DNA of 55,994 bases, the filler included, from Sphacelaria rigidula (Eukaryota): NCBI GenBank assembly GCA_964200075.2. It is 5 parts of 5 records of this genome, joined end to end, with 100 filler letters (N's around TTAATTAATTAA, not from the genome) between each part and the next. Parts side by side here need not be neighbours in the genome. Positions count along the whole stretch, not along the records: positions 44,877 to 55,994 come from CAXNAA020005364.1; 4 more parts are not named here. One strand, written 5' to 3'. Made by a program: the position numbers and the translations under genes. This document shows positions 49,521 through 55,994 of the stretch, piece after piece. Below the pieces are notes generated by a model, which saw only the letters and a list, made by a program, of their open reading frames with translations, ran no database searches and was not told the origin of the DNA. The first letter of the stretch is position 1; every line of letters starts with the position of its first letter.

Positions 49521-50751
49521 GGGTGGAAGCAGTGCATCTATCTGGGGTATTCAGGGCTCGGGTGCGCTCCTGCGGTGAGGAAAGTTATATGAGAAGTAAG
49601 GATGAGAAACTGCGACCCACCGTCTGCAGCGAAAACAAAATAAATAGAGTAAACAGCGATCAGGATACAGTGTTACCACTTGGGGTGCTTGGGGGTGCTT
49701 GGGGGTGCACCGCACCGAGGGGGGTAGAGGGCAGCTCGTCGACTGTGGACGGCGTTGTAGCGAGCCAGTATCTTATCTTGCTGTGCGCCATCCACCTCAC
49801 AGAGGATTCTATAAAATGAGGTTGATCAATGAAATGAGGTTTGAGGAGGCTCGCCTGTGTGCGCTAAAAACCGGGGGAAGTACCGTCCGCGCGTGCCCTC
49901 GATCATTTTCGGGGAGGGGAATCAAGTGTCGGTGGCTGAACTTACCGTCGTTCGACTCTTGCTGTTTGTGTGCGGCCGACGGCGGCGTGGAATGGCATCA
50001 TGGGCGGGGGGGAACGGCGATCTAACAACAGTTTATCCCATGTGAATCAGGTGGATGACGGTCTTCTCGCTGTTACGTGCCTCGAGACCAGTGTGAAAAC
50101 GACAATCTCCGGCGCTGGTTTGCTCTCCAGTGGCGTGCTGGAGGAAGGATGGACTGTTGCCGCAGTGTCGTCTTGAGAGGACAACCAACTGTTGGTCACT
50201 AACATGTCGGGGATATATTGGGTGTTCTCGTTTCGAGCGTGTTTGCACAAGGGACGCAACATTTATTAATCAAACACAGACAGTACCGCAAACATCCGTC
50301 GAGCCCTTCAACCCGGTTCGAGCATGTATGATGCACCGTCGGCGAACACTCGGCAGCGATGGCAGAGACCATGCCGCTGGCATCAGCACGCTCGTCACTC
50401 TTCGCCGCACATCGGCATTGTCCACTCCAATTCGACAATCTTGACATCTCGTTATCCAGCTCATGAACAGTCCTCTTCGCACAAAAAGACGCACCGCGCA
50501 CAAACCTTTCATGCTCCCCTCTCCCGTACGGGCGCGCGATTCCTTGCTTGTCGGTTTTCGCATTTTAGCGATCCCTCCGGGATCCAGCAGCCGTCAAATA
50601 TACGGCACCTCCTGGCTTCCCAAATACAACACGTCATGCATTAGGCTACAAAGCAACGATTATACTGTTACGCCCACACTTCCGAATGGTAAGCGTTGTC
50701 GACGCCGCCGGCGTCCCTGTCTGTACTGCGGAAAGTCGGGAACACCGACTA

Positions 50752-51338
50752 TCAACCCTTGACCCTCTTATCTATGGCATCCAATACCCCCTTGGGAATC
50801 TTATCACCAGAGTTAAGCTTCGCGCACGAGGCAACTTCCAACTCTGCCTGCATCCACTCGACATCCGGCACCAACCTACGCTTCTTGCCCTTCCGCTTGT
50901 AGGGTGGCCTTCACCGTCTTCCCCGGTCTTGTAGTCTGCCGTGGTTTTCCCTCTTCCGTGCTCTACGATGCTGTAGTCGGAAGCGTGCTCTCGAATTGCG
51001 GATGTGGCAGGCGACCACCAGCGCACCTCGACGTGAGCTTCGCCATCGACTCCCACGTGCTTGCCGGTCACCTTTCCTACAAGAAATGAGGCTTTGTCGC
51101 CGAGGAAGAACACGAAGTCTCCATTGGTGAAGGAGGGGACATGCAAGATGTCGTCAGCGCTGCCGTCCCCATCGGCGTGCCCCCCGGGCCCGCCACCCCC
51201 GTCGCCCCTATCACCTAGAAGGGACTTATCAACACCAACTTTCCCCGTCCTCTCACTGAGAGACAACTCCAACCTCCCCCCGAAGCTCTCACCTACACTA
51301 GCACCCCCGTGAGACCCTGCCACCGCCTGTCGTAGCAT
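50752..51338 (-). pseudogene. Remnant of unknown ORF, copy B
   Basis: HVPSFTNGDFVFFLGDKASFLVGKVTGK..VEVRWWSPATSAIREHASDYSIVEHGRGKTTADYKT, frameshift, then KKRRLVPDVEWMQAELEVASCAKLNSGDKIPKGVLDAIDKRVKG. Confidence 0.6.
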
Positions 51339-52989
51339 GACTCGTGGCTCCTAACGATTATAAATGCACGATACAATGGGTTAGGACAATCCCGTTTGCA
51401 AATCCACCCGGGTTACCCCTGTCACAATGGAGTAGTAATTGTGGAGTACCCTGCATATTTCACACGTCGTGTCTGCATGAGAAAGAGAGTAGTGCACAGT
51501 ACTGATATCAAAACATTTCTGTGTACCTCTACCGTAGCGTCATTGAATTTACCGAGAGCTCTTCGGTGTACGGCTGATTGATGTCCATTGACGTAAAGAC
51601 GTGTCGTTGTGTGTTGCCCCGCGTGTTACTGCGTGTTTGTCCCCCGGCTTCGACCCAATCCTGCAATGATTGCAGTGTGTTCTCCGCACTGTTGGCTCCC
51701 GGGTTGCGACTAGGCTATGCATACCATTGGGCTAGATCTCCGCGCATCCACGTCCCAGTTTCTTGGGGTTCCCCACACATATTGCTGAGAAATAAGTACA
51801 GCAATGAGCCATCATTTGTTCGAGACTTTTGTCAGGTTGCTGCATCCTCATGCCCGCCTTACTCTCTCCCGAACTGAATGAGATGCACCTCGACGGCGGT
51901 TGTCTTCGCCGTACCCTCCGTTTCCCGCCGCAGTACTCGAAACTCCATCAGGTTCCACAGCTGCACGTTATCACGAAGCCTGACAAGAGCTTGAGTACCC
52001 GAATATTCCCCTGTGGGGAGCGTACAAGGTATACAACATCCCCGGAGAGGCTTTGGAGTCTGTACCAAAACACATCCTGGACGAACAGCGCGTTCACTTT
52101 GTGTTCACTGCATCGACAAAACAGATAAGACGCATGCTAGATCCCGGAAGGGAAGCCTGTCAGCAAGATGCTTCCCTATACTTGGAGGTTGCAGACACGT
52201 GTCCGTTCTATTATTTGACGTGGGAAGCGGGCGGGTCGGTTGGTGACATTCAGATAACTTCGACCATACCACACAAAGGAAGTAGAGACGTGTTACTGGC
52301 CGCTGTGCTTGGCAGTGACGACGGAAATCAACATGCAGTAACAGGCGAAGTTCCAGAGAGTCGACAGCGGAGCGGGAGGATCAGTGGGAGACGGCCTATC
52401 GTGGTCAGTCCCGGGGATCTGATCGTAGGTGGGCCGGGATTCGAGAGTAGGTGGTTGAGGGGCACACGTTGCACATGACAGTGCGAGTCGTCCAACGAGG
52501 GTAACGAAGATGAAGAGGATGACGATGAAGTCGATGATGGAGCTGGTAACGATGACGGTAACGTCTCAGGTTGCAGTGTCGCAGTTGAAGAATAACAAGG
52601 ATAGTTACGCATACAGGTTGGGGGTCGGTTGTAAACGTACGATTCAGGTGTGTGGAGATGTTATCGTGTAGCACAAGTCTCACATTTTAAAGAATTGTCT
52701 GTTAAATGTTGAATGGACTGACCCCCTCCCCCCCCCCCCGAATTTAGTGCTCCGTCTCGAAAGGGATGCCTGGTCAATGGTCACACGACTAAGGCAAGCA
52801 ACAAATGAGTACGCCCCCCCCCCCTCCCCCCCCGAATTTAGAACCAAAGTCCTCAACATGNNNNNNNNNNGGTGGTATCGAACGGTGTACCTAGCCACTT
52901 ACACATTAAAGAAGAGAAGGTACAATGGCGCCGGCCCCCCCCCCCTCCCCCCCCCGAATTTAGAACCAAAGTCCTCAACATGTTGAACA

Positions 52990-55200
52990 TGAAGGGGGGG
53001 TGAAAGGAGAACCCTGGGCTTGTGTATAACACGGCTCGGGGAGCAGCGGAGGCATGGAAGAAGGTGGAAGCGGGGGATAAGCAGCGCCGTCAGCAGCCGC
53101 AGCCGAAACAAAAGGGCGGCAGCGGGACCTCTGGGTCCAAGCGCGAACCGAATGGTGGAAAAACGACGACCGGTGAGACTGCCAGTTCCGGGAAATCTCG
53201 AAAACCGGGCCCAAGCTATGCAGGTTGTTTCTCATGTGGAGACAAGGGCCACTTCATGAAGGATTGTAAGCAGCAAAGCCAAGCTTCTGCTCCACAACAT
53301 ACTACAGGTGGGCAGTCGAAGGCCAGCGACAGGCAGCAGCAACAACAGCAGCTGTCGCCGGGCCCTGGACAGGTGCCTCGCGGCGGGGCACGCGTCCCAC
53401 CCCTACAAGGGCTGTCTTTTCAGCCGATGGACAAAGTGCTCCCAGCGGGGGGGCGACGTTGCCACCAGAACCAGTCGCTTCTACTGGTGGCGTGCAGCAG
53501 ACCATGTCATTACACTCGTTCCCGGGTTCGAAATCTGAGGCGGTGCCAGCATGGAGATTGCTCAAAGCGGGTGGAGTGTCAGGTTTTCAATCTGAGAGTC
53601 GGCAAGTAGATAATAAGGGAAAGTGGTGTCTTGCCGACTTGTCTGTCCCGAGTGCAGGGGAAAAGGGTGTTTGTCCGGTCAAGGTCATTTTAGACTCGGG
53701 ATCTGGAATTACGACCATGTCAGTGGGTGTATCGGCGAAATTACAAGCTATGGTTCCAGATGTTCGAGTGGTCACACCGATGGTTGATGAACAGCTGGTG
53801 ACACTGACTAACGGCAATGTTGAGCGCGTGAAGCAGAAGACTTTCCCCTGTCCGAACCGCTTTACACATCAGCTGGGGACCGGTTGTGCTGAACCCATGT
53901 TCGTATGCGGTCATGCCGGGTACAGATGATGTGATCATCATGGGGAGCCGTGCGCTGGAGGCGCTGGGCATTGACGTGTACAGTAGCTTAAGGCCTGTGC
54001 ACGTGCAAGAAACACTTCGGTGCGAGGTGTAAACACGCCTGATTTTACGGATTGTCGGCGTGTTAGTACCGCGGTTGACGCTCTACAGCAACCAGGAGGT
54101 CGGGCGGAGCCCGTTTCTTCCCCAGTTGAGCGGTTGTCGTCGAGAAGTCCGGCGATGAGCATATCCCCGGAACAAGAGCTTGCTGAGCTTGATGTTGCGC
54201 CGGAGGACGCAGTACAAGCCGCCGCGGATCCCGAAGAGCGACGTGAGCCAGATTCGTGAGCCTGTACGGAACAGAGCGAGCATTTTTAGGCGAGTGCTGC
54301 ATGGTTATCCACCTGCTCGCGTCGAGCTCTGGAAGGTGAAATTCAAACCTGTTGCTGTGGAGGCAAAGGCTCGGCCGACGGCGTACTTTTCGGTCAGGAT
54401 GGCGTGGTTGGCACGCTGCATCGAGACGTTGGTGGCGCTCGGGTTCGTGTACCGCAGATTGCAGGTAGAGTGGGCGAGAGCGGTGATTGCGACACCCGAG
54501 AAGTCCTGTTTTCGCTGGATGAGTGCATACAAGGCGGGGGAGGAAGTTTCCCGTCACCACAAGGAGGTGGCGCATGGTGCTCGCCCAGGGAAGGTGCATC
54601 ATTTCAATTTTCTCAGTGGTGGCGAGGGGAGTCCGCTGGGAGATAATGGCTTGGACGAAGGAGATCCGTTCAAGTACATATTGGTAAGGATGGATGACCT
54701 TAGCGACTTTGTGCGGTTGACGCCTCCGGAGTCTTATACGGCGGCGACGACGGTGAAGCACCTGCTGAGATGGTGCAAAGCGCTGGGGTCGCAGGAGGGA
54801 TGGATCAGCGATACGGTATCGCAATATGATAATCGTGTGGTGAGAGCGCTCAAGAAGGCGCTGATGGATCGCAGATTCGTGGTGGCCAACTCGCGGTTGT
54901 CACATCGTGAATGTGAGCGAATGGTGCGTGATATTGTCCGTACCTTGAAGGTCATAATGCAGAGAGGAAGACGCGATGCGAAGGCCTGGGTGGGATTGGT
55001 ACCTGCCGTGCAGTGGGCATTGCACACTGGTTTTCGGGACAGCTGTGAGAGCTGTAGCTGCATCTATGATGCAAGGAGCGACTGTTGGAGTGGAAATGCT
55101 ACTCTACGGTGTGGACGAGATTGTAGCCGGAGAGCTGCTGTTTCTCAGTAGGAGCGCAGGAGAATTACAAGGCAGGCATTACCTGAGGTGCTCGATGTTC
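52990..55200 (+). mobile_element. Decayed Ty3/gypsy LTR retrotransposon internal region (gag zinc knuckle, protease, RT start, integrase core)
   Basis: CFSCGDKGHFMKDC (53226-53267); KVILDSGSGITTM protease motif (~53681); RT N-terminal remnant (EWARAVIATPEK) fused to integrase core (FKYILVRMDDLSDFVRL..WISD..ECERMVR..LVPAVQWAL). Frameshifted; LTRs not identified. Confidence 0.85.
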
Positions 55201-55994
55201 CGGTGAGCGCCGGGTTGGGTGATGTTTAGGAGCAAGTACTAGCGGAATTGCTTGTTGAGAATGAGGAAGCACATTGTGACTTGTATACCTGAATCGTTTT
55301 GTGGACGATTGTAGGTGGCGGTGGTGTGGTTCCTGGACCTGTGTGTTGTGCTGCTCTGGTTGGCACGCATGATACATGGTGGTTTCTGCAAAAAAGCTGC
55401 TGAGTGAAATATGACCATGCAGGTGTGACTGATGTGCATGGTGTCTGATGAAGAGCCAGAGTGAGGCAGTTCTCGATAAACTGTTGTGTGCTGAATGAAA
55501 TAAAGCTCATATATCATTGTTCGCGCAAAAACTGGAATTCCTTTGTGCGGTTTGCAGAAACTGACTGTAGGAGATGGTGCTTGTTGCTGCTGGCGTGAAA
55601 ATGAGCGGAAACTACGAAATGCGTAGGCTTGTATGTGAACAAGTATGACACTTTCTACGATAGCCCCCCCCGAAACATTTCATGGTTTTAGGAGGCAAAA
55701 TCTTCACGTAAATCGAAATGGGAAGAGCCGAGCACAACGAGAAGCTGGGAATTTCCACGCTTGGGTTCGTTCTAGCCTATGTCGCCAATATGAGGCGCTT
55801 CATGCAGCCTAAACCCAAACATCAGGCACTGTATGGCCACTTTTTTCGTGACATTTTTAGCTGGTTGTTGAGGGGGGCTATCGTAGAAAGTGTCGTATAA
55901 CGTGAGCATCTCCAGAGCTTGACGATAAACGAAATCGTGCGCGAATACAGTGATATTTTACTGTGACGCATCTTTGATGGCTTGTCATGTGTTT

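Overview
Eukaryotic genomic DNA, most likely a brown alga (Phaeophyceae, Ectocarpus-like; inferred from the EsV-1-7 array and the intron-rich, repeat-rich gene structure). The window is not one locus. It is five contigs of 11,120/11,119/11,119/11,118/11,118 bp joined by identical artificial 100-bp linkers (N44-TTAATTAATTAA-N44), so adjacency across linkers carries no meaning. Contig 1 holds the standout feature: an uninterrupted ORF of at least 1,472 aa made of 38 complete tandem EsV-1-7 Cys/His repeats (C-x4-C-x16-C-x2-H-x12). The scaffold is nearly fixed, a few positions are hypervariable, and repeats appear to have been shuffled, which resembles modular TALE/PPR/zinc-finger recognition arrays (hypothesis). 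Contig 2 holds exons of an unidentified minus-strand gene and MITE-like elements. Contig 3 holds four exons of a Sulfotransfer_2-type carbohydrate sulfotransferase plus SINE-like elements. Contig 4 holds the first seven exons of BBS2, with a decayed, partly inverted Ty1/copia element (itself carrying a TA-target MITE) in intron 4. Contig 5 holds a tandemly duplicated unknown ORF remnant interrupted by a fold-back MITE and a decayed Ty3/gypsy element lacking most of RT/RNase H. All calls are by eye; no searches were run.
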